DNA of 64,000 nucleotides from Eledone cirrhosa (GCA_964016885.1 OZ024740.1:70308001-70372000); one strand, 5' to 3'. Positions 14,000-28,287 are shown, counted from the first letter of the stretch. Numbers and translations are program-made. Notes: generated by a model from the sequence alone, not told the origin.

Positions 14000-15285
14000 A
14001 CTATACATGCATGCATACATACATAAACACATACATGCATACACACATTCACATTCACACATACATACATATATACATATATATACATACGTATATATAT
14101 GTATATACATACATACATACAAAAAATTTGTGAAATTATAAAACCAGAAGAACATACATACATACATACATGCATACATACATACATACATACATACATG
14201 CATACATGCATACATACATACATACATACATACATACATACATACATACATACATACATACATACATACATACATACATACATACATACATACATACATA
14301 CATAGTGAAATGTTGTCTATTATCCGTTCAAGGGTCTAAAAGGTTCCTGTGCATGAATGGGATTATAGTGGATATGGCTTTCACAGAACCACGCCCACTT
14401 TCCAGATAAAACCAGCAGGAAAAACCGGTGGCCCAACATAGGCTGGGACGACCAGCAATTGATTCATCTTCAGCTTTGGGGTCAGATTTTCCCTACATAC
14501 ATACATACATACATACATACATACATACATACATACATACATACATACATAAATGCATACATAAATACATACGAACATACATACATACATACATACATAC
14601 ATACATACATACATACATACATACATACATACATACATACATACATGGTGGCTGCCAACTCGTTTTCGAGTACGGCCACTACTTTATATCCATGTAGGAG
14701 AACCCCTACCGATGCGCTGAACGAGTGTGACTTTTTAGTCCAGCCAGCGACTTGAAAACTCTGGTACAAACACTACACTTGTGACAATTATTGACACATA
14801 GTGCTGGGCCCATGGTACCCTGTGACGACAAGTGCAGAGAGATCTCCAGATATAAAGCAATGCCTGTGCTGTGAAGCTTTTATAGTGAGCAAAGGCACTG
14901 CACAAAGCCAGTCCCACTCTCTTAACCAAGATGATATTTACCAAAAAGAAGAACAAGTCAACATCATTGGAAACCATCAGGGTTGCAGGTGTTATATCAG
15001 AGTTTTCCTTCTCCTAGAATTCTGCCTTGACAAAGGCTAAGGGGTCATCTCTCCCGGTGATTTTGGATGGCCATTGACTCTTAAGAGCTCCTTTGCCCTT
15101 TGACAGGTTTTGTTTTTAGTCCTGCAGGATGTCCAAAGTCACCCTCCTCACCAAGAAACCTTGGTGGGGTTGCCAGTTTAGTCGCCAACGACCCGACCAT
15201 GAGACATACATACATACATACATACATACATACATACATACATACATACATACATACATACATACATACATACATACATACATAC
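14000..15285. repeat. (CATA)n microsatellite tracts interleaved with unclassified sequence
   Basis: Direct reading. Confidence 0.85.
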
Positions 15286-16269
15286 AAACAATATGTTGGG
15301 TCGGTAAATTAAATAAAAACACTCAAAATTAAACAATTTAGTATCGTGGAACCAGGGGCCGTTTTGAGCGTTTTGGTATCAAGTGAGTTAAATAAACACC
15401 GTCCTTAATAACGAAAATGTTAGGTACCACTGCCTTACTCTCTTAAAATAGACTTTATTTGATAATATAGGTTTGGGGACACTATTTCTGAATAGAAGAA
15501 AAGAGACCGGAAGGTCACGGCTTGATTGCATTTGATCATAGGTCTGTCCTACATTAAATTCCTCTTGGAAGCTAAGCAACGATAACAATAACTGAGATAT
15601 ACCACCTAGACAGGTGTGTAGAGTCTGCATCGCTCTCACTCCCCCTCCTCTGATTTCATTATTCAGCTGTTGTTGTTGTTGTTGTTTTGCTTTTATTTGC
15701 TTTAAATATTTATTAGTTTAACGCTAGATCTAGTAGGAAAAATATTAACGTTTCCGACACTAGTCTTTCATCAGAAATAAAAGTAGAAATAGAAAGTTAT
15801 CGATTGAGAAGATAAAGAAACGGGGAAAAAAATCGTTAGTGTGTGTGCATGTTTGTGTGTGTGTGTGTGCATGTGTGTGTGCCTGTGTGTGTGTGCATGT
15901 GTGTGTGTGTGCATGCGTGTAAGTGAGGGTGTGTATGTATGAGTGCATATACGAGTGTGCATGCATGTGTGTGCATGTGTACGTGTGCGTGAGCGTGTGT
16001 TTCATTCGATTTTATTTTATTGAACCACAAAGTTACGAGATATAATAACAATAACAACAACAACAACACTGTACTTTCCTTCTTCCCAAATTTCAGATTC
16101 TAACTCTTAACACTGCCACCACTCTCACCATCGCCACCGCCAACATATCACCATTACTATCATGTTACAATCTACCTTTCATTTCTTTTGTATAAACATC
16201 ACTACTACAACTATCATTATCACCAAGACCCACACCCCTGGAGGTGGTTTACCTCCTAAACACCTCTCC

Positions 16270-16602
16270 CACACTACTACTACTACTACGACCACCACCA
16301 CCACCACCACCACTACCACCACCACCACCACCACCACCTCCACCATCACCACCAACTAATAGAATTACCGCCATCACTACACCACAATCATCACTTCCAT
16401 TATCACCAACTATTACAACCTCTGCAATCACAACCACCACAACCTCCACTGTTACCACCAGGACTACCACTAATAATAATACTACTACTGCTGCTACTAT
16501 AACTACCAGCGTCATTACTATTACCACTGCGACCACTACTACTGCTGCTGCTGCTGCTACTATTACTACTACTAATAATAATACTACTATTACTACTACT
16601 AC

Positions 16603-16671
<69 letters not shown>

Positions 16672-16687
16672 CAACAGCAGCTGCAAC

Positions 16688-16734
<47 letters not shown>

Positions 16735-16805
16735 CAGCAACAGTAGGAGTAGTAGCAACAGCAGCAGCAGTAATAGTAGTAGTAGTAGCAGCAGCAGCAG
16801 CAGTG

Positions 16806-16842
<37 letters not shown>

Positions 16843-16876
16843 CAGCAGCAGCAACAATAGTAGTAGCAGCAGCAGC

Positions 16877-16935
<59 letters not shown>

Positions 16936-16987
16936 CAGCAGCAGCAGCAGCAGCAATAGTAGTAGCAGCAGCAGTAGTAGTAGTAGC

Positions 16988-17023
<36 letters not shown>
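16270..17023. repeat. (CAC)n/(TAC)n/(AGT,AGC)n trinucleotide field
   Basis: Direct reading. Confidence 0.95.
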
Positions 17024-17024
<1 letters not shown>

Positions 17025-17659
17025 ACACCTCTGTGGATAGGGTGTGTGGGTGTCTTAACTTGCCAGTGTTCGCGGCGTGAATAATAGCGCAGCGTTATCA
17101 CACAATACATCAAACCCGGCTGTATTCTAAATAGGGTACGTGTGTTTATATGAGGGTAGATGTAAAAGAAGAAAAAAACAATCATGGCGGGAGGGTAGAT
17201 AGGAAAGCTGGATATGAAGACGGAGAGAAAAAGAAAATGATTAGAAAGAAGGATAGCAAGAGGAGAAGAAGGGAAAGCGAGATAAAGATGGATGGAGAGA
17301 AAGGACGAGAGAGAGGGGAGGAGAGATGGCGTAGAGAAGAGAGAGATTGAGAAAAGGTAGAGGAAAGGAGTGACAGTAAAGTACAAGGAAAGAAAGGAAA
17401 AAGGAGAAATAGATAGATATGTTTCTTTATTAGCCACAGGGGCACAAAAGAAGGGGACAAATACAAAGGGGGAAGTTTACATACAATAAAAACGTGTAAA
17501 ATATTATCACAAATGCAATTTAAAAATTAGTCGATTTTCCCCAATAGGGGGAGACATTACATATGGGTAACACATACCCCCGAAAAAAAATGTGCCACCC
17601 TCATCTCCAGGAGTACGAAGAGTTTGTACTTCCTTCCTCTCCTCCTCTTTTTCCTCAAC

Positions 17660-20600
17660 CTACAGGCTGATATAGAGAGAAGGCCCATTAACTCGGGCCA
17701 TTCTCGCGACTTTCACCCACCTTTCATAAAACTTGCTGGGATACAGCACCTCTCTCTCCATCCTGATTCTTCTTCCAAAGTGGTATTTGAAAAAAAGAAT
17801 CAGTTGTTGGCCGGAGAGAAAGGTGTCTGACCTCAGCCCTTTCAACCTTGTTCACCATACAACCTCTTTCGCCATAGCTATCACACAAGGGAAAACTGCC
17901 TCTCCTTCATTTTTGAAGGAGGATGGCGGTTTGATCATCACAATGGACTCGGTGGTCAACCGGATTGGTCCCACCCGCGACAATAGTCGTTCTACATAGC
18001 CCCACATGTCGGTGACGCCCGGGAAGTGTACGAACGCGTGCGTGACGGTTTCTTCGTCTCGTACGCACCTCGGGCAGAGCTTTTTTGCAGGGTCCCTGCT
18101 CGGGCGCCCATGTCTGTAGAGCTCCTCGGTAGCACTGCCAGGCCAGGGACTTTTGGAAGTTGTCCATCGTCCCGGGCGGAAGGTCCTACCGAACAGACTG
18201 GCCAGTTCGTCTTCCTCTACGACTAGAGTTTCACCGAGCGCGTCGTCGCAGTTGCTGCGGATCAACCCTCTATACAATGACGAAGTGGAGTCTCCAATGA
18301 TCGCTGGGTCCGCCTGCCAGAGGGCTGTGAGCGCCTGAGCACATTTGATGTGCCAGACACCCATTTTCCTCGGTCTTTGCTTGACCCAGGACTGCAGCTC
18401 GGTCAGCGAGACAAGTTGTCGGAAGGCTCGTCTCACGAACGGGGTCCACACCGGTTGTTCGGTGAGGAATACGTAGAGATGCAGCAGCCTGAGCGCGTGT
18501 TTGCGCATCGTCAGCCACGGCAACCCCAGCCCTCCGTTGAAAGGGTGTTGGCAGCAGATGGATCTTCTCACCAAAGGAGCCCGCCTCTTCCAAAGGAATT
18601 GGAAGAGCGCGCGCTCCATTGGGTGAGCATTTTGGCTGGACAAGGCACGTCGGTCAAGCGGTAGGGATGGCGGACGATATAAAAGTGTTCGCCACCTCCG
18701 CTAGACCTTTCAATGATAGTTTGAACTCGGCCCACTTCTGGGTGAGTGCAAACACCTTGGCCGTCACCTCGTTCCAGTACTTCTCCACCTGGAGGTCCGG
18801 ACCAAACCAGACCCCGTAGGCCGACGCCGCTTTCCGCAGTCCCGGTTCCAGAGAGATGCCCTGCAATAGCTCCAACTTCCGCAGTAGTGGCTCGAGAGTC
18901 AGTATGTACAGAAGGGAGGAGAGAGGGCATCCCTGTCGAATAGATCGCGTGATATGGAACGGCTCCGAGAGGTAGCCGTTCACCTTGACACATAGCAGAT
19001 ATTGCTGTTGTGCATTGCAGCAATCCAGCCCCTGAACACGGGTCCGAAGCCTGCCGCCTCGAGCACCGCATCCAGGTAACGATGGTCAACCCTATCGAAA
19101 GCTTTAGACTGATCCAAGTTGATCAGGGCCCCACCAAAGCCGGGTTTACACCCTACCCTCTCTATGATGTATCGCATGAGGTGCAGGTTGTCGTGTATGG
19201 ACCTGGTCGGGATTGCGCATGTCTGCGCTTCTCCCACCAGGTTCTCGACGACAAGCGCCAGCCTCTTTGCCAACACCCTGGCCAAAATCTGTAACTCTGT
19301 GTTTAGCAGAGTTATGGGCCGGAAGTTGCCTATGTCATCCCCCTTATTCTCGTCCTTCCTGACTAATGTGACTACGCCCCCGGTCACAGAACTGGGAATT
19401 CTGCCGTTCTATTGCCAGTTGCAGTAGACCGCTTCCAGGAAACCGGAGAATAAGTCCGACATTACTACGTAAAATTCGTAGGGTAGACCGTCGAGACCTG
19501 GAGATTTGCGTTTGACGCATTGGCTCAGCGCGTCCCCTATCTCAGCGGCTGAAATCGGCTTTTCGCAGAACTTTGCCTCGCTGTCCGAGAGTCGCGGTAG
19601 GCCGTCGAGGTATGGACCGAAATCCATAGCCCCTCCCGGCGCGCCGCCCTTCCCGAACAGCCAAGCAAAGTGCCGCTGAAAGGCCGCACACATCTGCTTC
19701 GGCTCGCGTATCACGCGTCCGTTTGGTCCTTCAAAGACCGAATCGTGGACTTGTTGCCACTTTTTGACTCCGTCACTCGGGCCCAGCTAACAACTTTGGC
19801 TCCCTCGTTTCCCAGAGCACGTATTTTGCTTCTGACAACGCAGCCCTCGTGCTTTGCGTCGAAGAACTGGTCCAAGGCCGTTCTCGTTGCTAGCACGCTG
19901 ACTACGTTGCCACTTCTAATTGCCTCTTCTACTTTATCTACCAGTTCCTTCTCGGTTCTATTTCTATCTAACGTTAATTCTTTACTAAAAACTAACGAGT
20001 CTAATCTAACTGCCCTCTTGAGAGAGTACCACCATCTGTTGTTGACAATGGCCCCTGTCAAGTGCTGTTTAACTAAAGCGGTAATCCGTCTACTGTAGGC
20101 TTTGCATGTTGGTAACGACAAGTTCAGCTTCCAGTAGTCGGGTCCTTGTCTATGGGTTCTATCAAGGTTGACCATGCAGGTCACTAGTTTGTGATCTGAA
20201 TAGGCAACCATGAACATTTGTGGACAGCTTAACATGTCCCTATCCTTATTTCTAACTAGAACCCTATCTAGGTACGATCTAGATGTTCCGCTAAGATTAG
20301 TCCACGTCCACAGTGGCACAGTCGGAAAATCTAGTCGATATCTATCGGCCAGGTCAAATCGGCCGATTAACTGTTTGAGGCTGTTACACCCACCCACCCC
20401 CCAGGATTCCATTCCTGTCCCCCACTAAAAAGCAAGTTGCGGGACGTTCCCAGAAAAGTCTCTAGACCTTTGAAGAAGTCTGGCCGCGGATGGAGCATAT
20501 GCGGCCATCAGCCTGAAAGCTCCACCTTCACTACCGTCAGCGTCTAGGACTACCAGTCGACCCTCCGGGTCCAGATGTACCGTCTGTGTTACGAGGCCCA

Positions 20601-20831
20601 GGTGTTTCCGCAGCAAAACGGCAACCCCGCCCCCACCCCCAGCTGACAGAAAGATGCGTAGATCTCAAAGTCATCGAAGATGGGGGCCAGCTGTCGCTCG
20701 CTGTGGATCCTGGACTCGCAAATGGCTACTACATCCATACTGTGCGTCCTGAGGTCGTTTAAGAGTTTGCCCTGTTTCCAGGGCATCCCCAGGCCGCGTA
20801 CATTCACACATTGAACTTTTATATTGGCCAT
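17660..20831 (-). pseudogene. Tx1 ORF2 (APE endonuclease, reverse transcriptase, CCHC finger), disrupted
   Basis: Endonuclease motifs NVRG, SYLDRVL, SDH; RT motifs KSPGLDGLP, FRPITLLN, DQSKAFDRVDH, RQGCPLS; CPRC finger; many frameshifts and stops. Confidence 0.92.
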
Positions 20832-20893
20832 GTTGGTTCTGAAAAGTTAAAAGAAGAGGAGAAGAAAACACTCACCTCTTCGTCTCCCGGGGA

Positions 20894-22374
20894 TCAGACC
20901 GCACGGTTTCCATGGGTGTTAGAGAGGTTGTCTAGGTGGATGGTGGTTTCCGGCAGGGTGGGGACGGAGATGTTTGGTGGGGTGAGGGTGGGGAAACTTT
21001 TTAAAAGGACGCGGTTAATGGGTTTAACACAAGGATTACCCACGTCCTTAGGAAAGTTTTTCTTTAAAGACTTATAGTTGTCCGTAGGGACCCTAATCAT
21101 CTTTAAATTAGGTTTGTCTACACAGTTCGAAAAAGTTTTCCCTTCGGTTTTCACCGAAGGGTCGTTGGAGGTGACCTCCATTAAAGTTTTGTTTTTACTG
21201 TTTATGTATGTGTAATGTTCTTGTTGTGTTGCGGTGGTTTTTGTCTGTTGTTCCTGTGGGAGCTTTCGTTTTGTTGTAGGTGTTTGTGTTTGGAGTGATG
21301 TCGTGGTTTTGTTTTCGGGACGGGGGTTTTTGTTTGTAATGTTTGTGTTGTTTGTGTTGGTGGTTGTATGTTTGTAATGATGTTTGTTGTTTTTTTGTTC
21401 TTGTGGTGTTCTTTTCTTCTTTCTTTTCGAACGGAGAGGCTCTCCTTCGTCGTCACTTGATGATGTGGGGGCCTCGTCCGTTGTAGTGTCTGTGTTATTT
21501 GGAAGGGGTATGTTTTGGGGAGCTGTTGTGTTTGTGGGTGTTTTTGCAGTGGTTTTAGGTGGAGTGAGGTTGGGTGGGACTATGCTTGCAGGTTGGTTTG
21601 TTGTTCTTGTTTTGGTTGTGTTTGCGTGTTGTTGTTGTTGTTGTTGTGGTGGTGGTGGTAGTGGTGGTGGTGGTGGTGGTGGTGGTGGTGGTGGATGTGT
21701 TGTTATTTTGGGTGTTGGCAGTAGTGTCTCTTTTTTTGTAGTTAACTGAGGACAGTCAGCCTTCAGGTAACCACTGCTTAAACAGTGGTAACATGAAGAC
21801 CGCCTACCCGCAACAGAAATGTTTATGTGTGAAATTCCATCCAGAGGCACACGTTGGGGTATTTTAGCTATCCGTTCTGGCCTCATTTAGACCAGAACTT
21901 CCATGCTTGTACCATTGAATGTGCCTCTGGAGAGTTTCCCACCGAAATGATGGTGTCTTCGTCGAAATCGATGAAGCCAGTTAGAATCCACCAGACGTTT
22001 ACATTTGGTGCAATGTTCGAAATTTTTATCTTTTGTGTTCTTTTTCCCGTATATGTGGGGGAAAAGGTGTAAAGGGGGGGGGGGGACACAATCGGCGATA
22101 CAGAATATTTTTGTGCTGTCAATTTGTCTTTCAACAACACCGAAATGCTTCCAAAAAGTTTCCCTTTTTGGATGAAGGCAATATCCTTCATGGAATTCTT
22201 CAGAACCAGTTCAATATCGTTTTGGGATAACTGAACTGGTTTTTTCGACACATTTGAAACCGTCCTTAAAATTACTGTTTTTAGAACAGTTTCTCTGCGT
22301 AACTGTTGAGGAGAAGTGATGCTGAAAGCACCACTCTCACTAAAAGTTACGTACTGTTTTGCATCGCTTAACAT
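20894..22374 (-). pseudogene. Tx1 ORF1 (gag-like), frameshifted near 21886
   Basis: Degenerate zinc knuckle CYHCLSSGYLKADCP followed by a Pro/Thr/Lys-rich tail; directly upstream of ORF2. Confidence 0.8.
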
Positions 22375-22478
22375 TTCCCTAGCATTGGAAATGTCAAGGT
22401 ATGTAGAGATAATAAGAGAGAAGGAAAATGAAGAGCAAGATGGAGATTGGAGATGGGTATAGAAAAAGGAAGAGCTAT

Positions 22479-22540
<62 letters not shown>

Positions 22541-22541
<1 letters not shown>

Positions 22542-22653
22542 TGTTTCTTTTATTTCCCACTAGGGCATCAAAAGTGGGACAAGTACAAAGGGGGGAGTTT
22601 ACACAAAAAGGCGTCCTCAATAAGGAGGAGGCAATAACAAAATATAAAAATAA

Positions 22654-22654
<1 letters not shown>
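22541..22654 (-). mobile_element. 3' UTR fragment of a Tx1-like LINE
   Basis: Near-identical to 6343-6455; (GATA)n on both sides. Confidence 0.85.
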
Positions 22655-22684
<30 letters not shown>

Positions 22685-23265
22685 TGGGAAAGATTGAGAT
22701 AAGAGAATAAAAGAGAGGCAGTAAGGAGATGGACAGACGAAAAGAGAGATGGAGAGCCAAAAGAGAGGAAATGACAGTCTTATTTATAAGTGCTTATAAT
22801 GCGTAGATGTAAAGAAACAAAACTAAAACGATGTTGTCGATAATGGGGAGGGGGGGAGGAAAGCACTATAGGAGAGAAAGAAGAGAGAGCGAAAGAAAGA
22901 TGGGTGGAAAGAAAGTAAGAGATTTGGCGAATGAAAAAGATATATATATGGAGAGAGGGAGAGAATGGTGAAGATGAAAATGGAGAGCCATAAGAGAGAA
23001 GGTGAAAGTAAAAAAAATGAGCTACGAGATAGAAAGGTAAAGAGAACATTGAAGTGAGAATAGAAGAGTGTGACATGAACAACCAGGAGAAAGACAAAGA
23101 AACTGAGAGAGTAGGAAGAAATATTGATAAACAAGAAGGGGAGAGAGTGCATGAAAAAAACAGAGAGAGAGAGTGTGTGTGTGAAGAGAGTGAGAATAAG
23201 AGAGGGGGAGAAAGGAGCAGAATTAAATGTAAATACATATATATGTATGTATATATATATATATA

Positions 23266-23561
23266 TATATTAAAATATAAGTATTAATAAAATAGATGTT
23301 CTTTTGATCAATTACATTTTATTTTACATATTTCGGATGTACGACAGTACGTCCTCATCAGACAAAATATAATGATACATGAAATACTCTGAGATGTTAA
23401 ATGGTTAAGATTTAATCAAGGTACCATTTAACATCTCAGGGTATGTCATGTATCATTATATTTTGTCTGATGAGGACGTACTGTCGTACATCCGAAATAT
23501 GTATAATAAAATGTAATTGATCAAAAGAACATCTATTTTATTAATACTTATATTTTAATAT
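23266..23561. repeat. Long inverted repeat (arms about 140 bp, spacer about 17 bp)
   Basis: 23266-23405 is the reverse complement of 23423-23561 with few mismatches. Confidence 0.95.
23460..23512 (+). ncRNA. Minimal type I hammerhead ribozyme (family C)
   Basis: attttgt-CTGATGA-ggacgtac tgtc gtacatcc-GAAA-tatgta-TA-ataaaat. An inverted copy at 23316-23368 has TA changed to AA at the cleavage site. Confidence 0.8.
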
Positions 23562-23745
23562 TAATAATTCCTGAAAATAATTTAAACCGTTGAGTGCTTC
23601 CAATCTACTGTAAAACTCATTCTTTGACAGAATATTGTTTAACAATTATATATATATATACAATGGCTATCATCGAAATATATATAGCGGTAAATAAAGG
23701 ATTATGACAATTGATTTGTTTCGTCACTATATATATATATATATA

Positions 23746-23804
<59 letters not shown>

Positions 23805-24051
23805 TAATTTTACACCTAATTGTGCATGGTTGATGATATATTTAGTCAGTTTCTACATGCTGTCGAAATGTTGGATAAATACACTATTGGGGCCACCGCG
23901 AAGAGGCCACTTTCGGTTATTTGTCGGAGATTTCTTCATAAGAGCCTTTCTTCTTATAGCTTGGTCTAATTGATTTTTTATATGGTTAATTATGCTAATT
24001 AGAAGAGGAAATAGTATATATTTTATCTAATAATTCTAAGGACATGATTTA

Positions 24052-24106
<55 letters not shown>

Positions 24107-24133
24107 CATACTCGATAACGAGGGGGCAGTCAT

Positions 24134-24195
<62 letters not shown>

Positions 24196-24207
24196 GTATA
24201 TATATAT

Positions 24208-24800
24208 AACTTTGATAACTTTGGTAGGTTCGGCCAGTATTGGCCCAGTCCATGTCTAACTTAATAGCACCACCTGGCGAAGTCTTACAAATCAGTGTTT
24301 GGGCACCATGGCCCACTCGAGCAGAGGGTTATTGTTTACGGAGGCATATCCGGGTGTAGGAGACTTATCCGGGATTTCTTGAAGGAATTTATCCAAAGGC
24401 TTCTTGAACTTGATGGGGTCTGTTTCTGCTTTGGTGTGTTTTGGTGAAATGTTAAAGAGAGCAGGGCCAATTGAGGTGAAATAATTGTGGCGTATTGTTG
24501 TTACGAGGTGCGAGTGAGATTTTTGTCGTTGGCGGATAGCACGGGGCCCAAGCCTTGGGTGTACATTAAAGGTGATGCCAACATCATTTGGACAAAGCTG
24601 ATGGAATATTTTACACATCATGCAGATAATGTAGCGCTCACGGTGACGTTGAAGAGAATAAAGGTTAAGCTTTTCTAATCGACTCCAATAGTCAAGGCCT
24701 GTCATGCCATCTATCATTTTTGTAATTGACCTTTGGGGTGCTTCAACTTTCATGATACTTTGTTTCGTGTGTGGAGACCACAGTATTCAAGATGGAGTCA
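24208..24800 (-). mobile_element. CR1/L2-like LINE 3' fragment
   Basis: ORF 24292-24753 (EAPQRSITKMIDGMTGLDYWSRLEKLNLYSLQRHRERY..FKKPLDKFL) resembles the CR1/L2 ORF2 C-terminus; short tandem tail ACCAAAGTT-ATCAAAGTT. Confidence 0.8.
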
Positions 24801-26869
24801 GGTAAAATATATATATATATATATATATACTGTACAAATGAAAGTACAGCATATTCGAAGCTCGAGCCGCAGCTAAGCTGACGAATGCCTTCAGCAGTGT
24901 AGCCAAGCACTCGACAAGATATAAGCAGGTTTGAAATTAGAAAATAGCTTTCACCGTTTTTTTGACTAAAGAAATTTAGGCCTGATAATGGGGTTTAGAA
25001 CCCTCAGATAAATGGAAAAAGATGAGTATTGACGTACATGGGAGTCGAATCCTCATCTTTAGTTATCCAGACCACTGTGCTACCATTACACCAACACATC
25101 ACCCATCTCCTTCCATTCAAATTAGAAACTACATTCTTAGCGAGTATAAATGACAAGTAAGTATGTTTTGAAACAGTGAGCAGGTTTGAAATTAGAAAAT
25201 AGAATAGCTTCACCGTATTTTTGACTAAAGAAATTTTAGCCTGATAATGGGGTTTAGAACCCTCAGATAAATGGAAAAAGATGAGTATTGACATAACAAC
25301 AGAACAAATCCGCTTCTTAAAACACTGTGTTTCCTTCGAAATATACACAACAAACATATCAAAACAAGTATGGCGTAGACATACAATACAACAGGAGGAA
25401 ACATAATAGCACCACCGACGATGTTGCAGATGTGCAACGAAAGAACTTTGTTAGACTATATATATGTGTTTGTCTCTATATTATATCTGTATTTTTGACC
25501 GTTGGTCCGTCAATGGTAACATTGAAGACCGAATAAATTAAACTAACTGATATAAAAGATACAGAAGCGAAAACCAACCAAACAGTCAGTGTGTTCCGTT
25601 ATTAATTCTGGCAATATTATTACACAAATATGACCCTCCATATATATATTTGTGTGTGCGTGTTTGTGTGCATGCACGCAAGTGTGAATAGTTGAGTGGT
25701 TTAATGGATGAGTGTATATAAAAGTAGACGGCCGGGTGGTTGGATTGGGAGATGGATTAAAGGATGAATGGCAGATATATTAACGGTTGGGCTGGACGGA
25801 CGGGTAGCTTAAAAAACGGATCCGAAAGCAAACGGAGCGAAACTTTGAAGAATTCCTGTTTTTGTTGTTGTTATTGAGGTCTGGTTGTACAGACATTTGA
25901 GCACATGCATGGTTTATCTAGGAATACATTATCAAAAATGTCCTTTCATTTTATAAAAGGCCGATTACAGTTTAAGATAAATTTGGCTGCCGTTTCTATC
26001 ATGTGAAACGGCCATGCATTTCGCTCTTAGTTGAAATAATCCTTTCAGGATTGATTTCAAAAATGCTATTCAGGTGGGATCTTCTGAGTGCCGGACGGGA
26101 TGCCTTGTAGCATTTGTTCCGCATCTTTGCATTCTAAGTTCAAATCCCACTGGGGCCTAATTTGGTGGTAGACTTAACTTGTCATCTGTTTTAATGCTAC
26201 CACCACATGGTCATTGAGTGATTTTCACTTTGTAGCAAGCATTCGGTAAGCTCTCCGTTTCGAGGATTCCTTCTTCCCTTCTACAAGTCTCTGAAGCCAT
26301 GAAAAGGTCATGTGTACTGTCCTTGCCTCACTGACCAAACAGTAAAGAAAAAGAAAAACAGATGGATGGATGAATTGCTAAATGAATGGATAAATGTTTT
26401 ACTGGTTGGGTAAATAATTGTTTGTTGAGATAGAGCAGTGGCTCCAAACTTTGGTGTGCGCAAATAAAGTGTTAGTGATCCGTGAGCTAGTTTCAAAATG
26501 TCAAGTATCCGTTGAAAATTTAATATGCACACGCTTTTGGGTATTCATTCTTCTCTCAATGCAAACATTTCCTTTTTTCTGTTATTATCACAGTAAAGTA
26601 ATCTGAGAGGGGAGAAATTTTAGGAGGAAATTTTACTGAAATGAAAGCGTTCCTTTGAGAACCATAAGGCAAGTGGGATAACTTATTGGCTTGGTGAATT
26701 GGTGTCTGGATGAGTACAGTGGTGTGCTGGAGTGTACGTCGCAAGGAGTGGTATTTGTAAACGCAAGGAGTGGTATTTCTAAACGCAAGTACCACCCCAT
26801 GAAAAACAACACAATACACATCAAAAGTGACCAAAAGTATATCTCGACAGATACTTTAACAATCCACTG

Positions 26870-27008
26870 CCCAGGTCTGGTACTTTATTTTATCGACTCC
26901 GAAAGGATGAAAAACAAAGTTGAACGCCGCACTGAGAGTTGAACTCTGAGCGCAAAGAGATTGAACAACTATCGCAAAACATTCTAACGATTCTGTCAAT
27001 TTGCCAGC
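26870..27008 (-). mobile_element. SINE family A (partial)
   Basis: CTGGTACTTTATTTTATCGACTCCGAAAGGATGAAA core. Confidence 0.7.
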
Positions 27009-27562
27009 TTTTCGATCAGCAGATGGAGATGGTGCTGGGTAAGATGGATAAGTGGATGGATTGGTGTGTAGGTGCTTCTTTGGGGCGTTGCATGAACGGA
27101 TGGATGGATGGATAAGAATATACAATGGATGGTTGGCTGATTGGTTGGTTGAATAGATGAGAGTATAGAATAGATGGATGGAGAATAAGTTATGTCTCTA
27201 GGTGTCAAGTTGAAACAGAGATAGAATACATGGTTCAATGAATAGATTAGTGATGGTTCTTCAAAAGATGATTGCATGGTTCAGTGAATCCTAGGGTTGT
27301 ACAACTATTGATGGTTAGATAACAGGGGATTTGATGGATTGTTGTGTAGATAAGTGATTGGATGATGGGATAGTATAATGTATAAGGAGGATGGGTAGAT
27401 TGATGGATCGATAATTGATGAATAGATTAAAGGAACACCATTGGTGGAGGAATAGTTACATGGGTGGAATTATTGAAGAACGGAAGAATTTGAAATATTT
27501 GTATATGTGTGTGCGAGTGTATATGTGTCTACGTATATATATATGTGTGTGTGTGAGTATGA

Positions 27563-27694
<132 letters not shown>

Positions 27695-28103
27695 TGTGTG
27701 TGTGTGTGTGTTGAGCGACGGTACGTGTATGTGTCTGTACATGCGTAGCCCCCTTCGCCTGTATGCAAGTATATAGATTACACATACACACAGTCACACG
27801 TATCTGTATATAAGTTGAATCGATGCATTTCTGTATATCGAGAAAAACAAGCTACAAGATTATGCCTGTGTTCTACTGTACTAACATATAGCAAAGACGT
27901 GTAAGTAGCAATCTTTTTTCTTCCCCTTGTACTACAATAAACTTGTAAACTCGCCTGCCACTCTTCACATTGACTAAGCGTTCATTTCTATTATCTGTGT
28001 CACAGTATAGTACAGTATAGTACCAAAGGTTCTGAATTGATTCTTTATAGATTATCTATAGCCAAAATGGCGACTGTAACTTAATTTTAACATCATATGA
28101 CAA

Positions 28104-28287
28104 ATAATTGTTTCTACTTTTGGCACAAGGCCAGCAATTACCCAGTACATTACTGGTACTTTATTTTATCGACCCCGTAAGGATGAAAGGCAAAGTTGAC
28201 CTCGGCGGGATTTGAACTCAGAATGGAAAGGGCCGTAACTCTATGCGTCAAAGCATGGTGTCTGACCCTCTACCCATACTGCCAATC
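28104..28287 (-). mobile_element. tRNA-derived SINE, family A
   Basis: Nearly complete reverse-complement match to 33530-33721. Confidence 0.85.

Larger units (their letters stand above)
17421..22475 (-). mobile_element. Full-length decayed Tx1-clade (L1 superfamily) non-LTR retrotransposon
   Basis: Two-ORF layout, 3' UTR with AATAAA, both ends abut (TATC)n. Confidence 0.9.

Noticed and set aside
14650-15200. Possible LINE 5' fragment
   Set aside because: No diagnostic protein motif could be read.
15744-15778. Minus-strand CTGATGA-aa gac tagt gtc g-GAAA-cg-TT
   Set aside because: Marginal stem I and a GUU site; too weak to call.
16244-17437. Poly-Ser/Leu/Thr ORFs
   Set aside because: Trinucleotide microsatellite translations.
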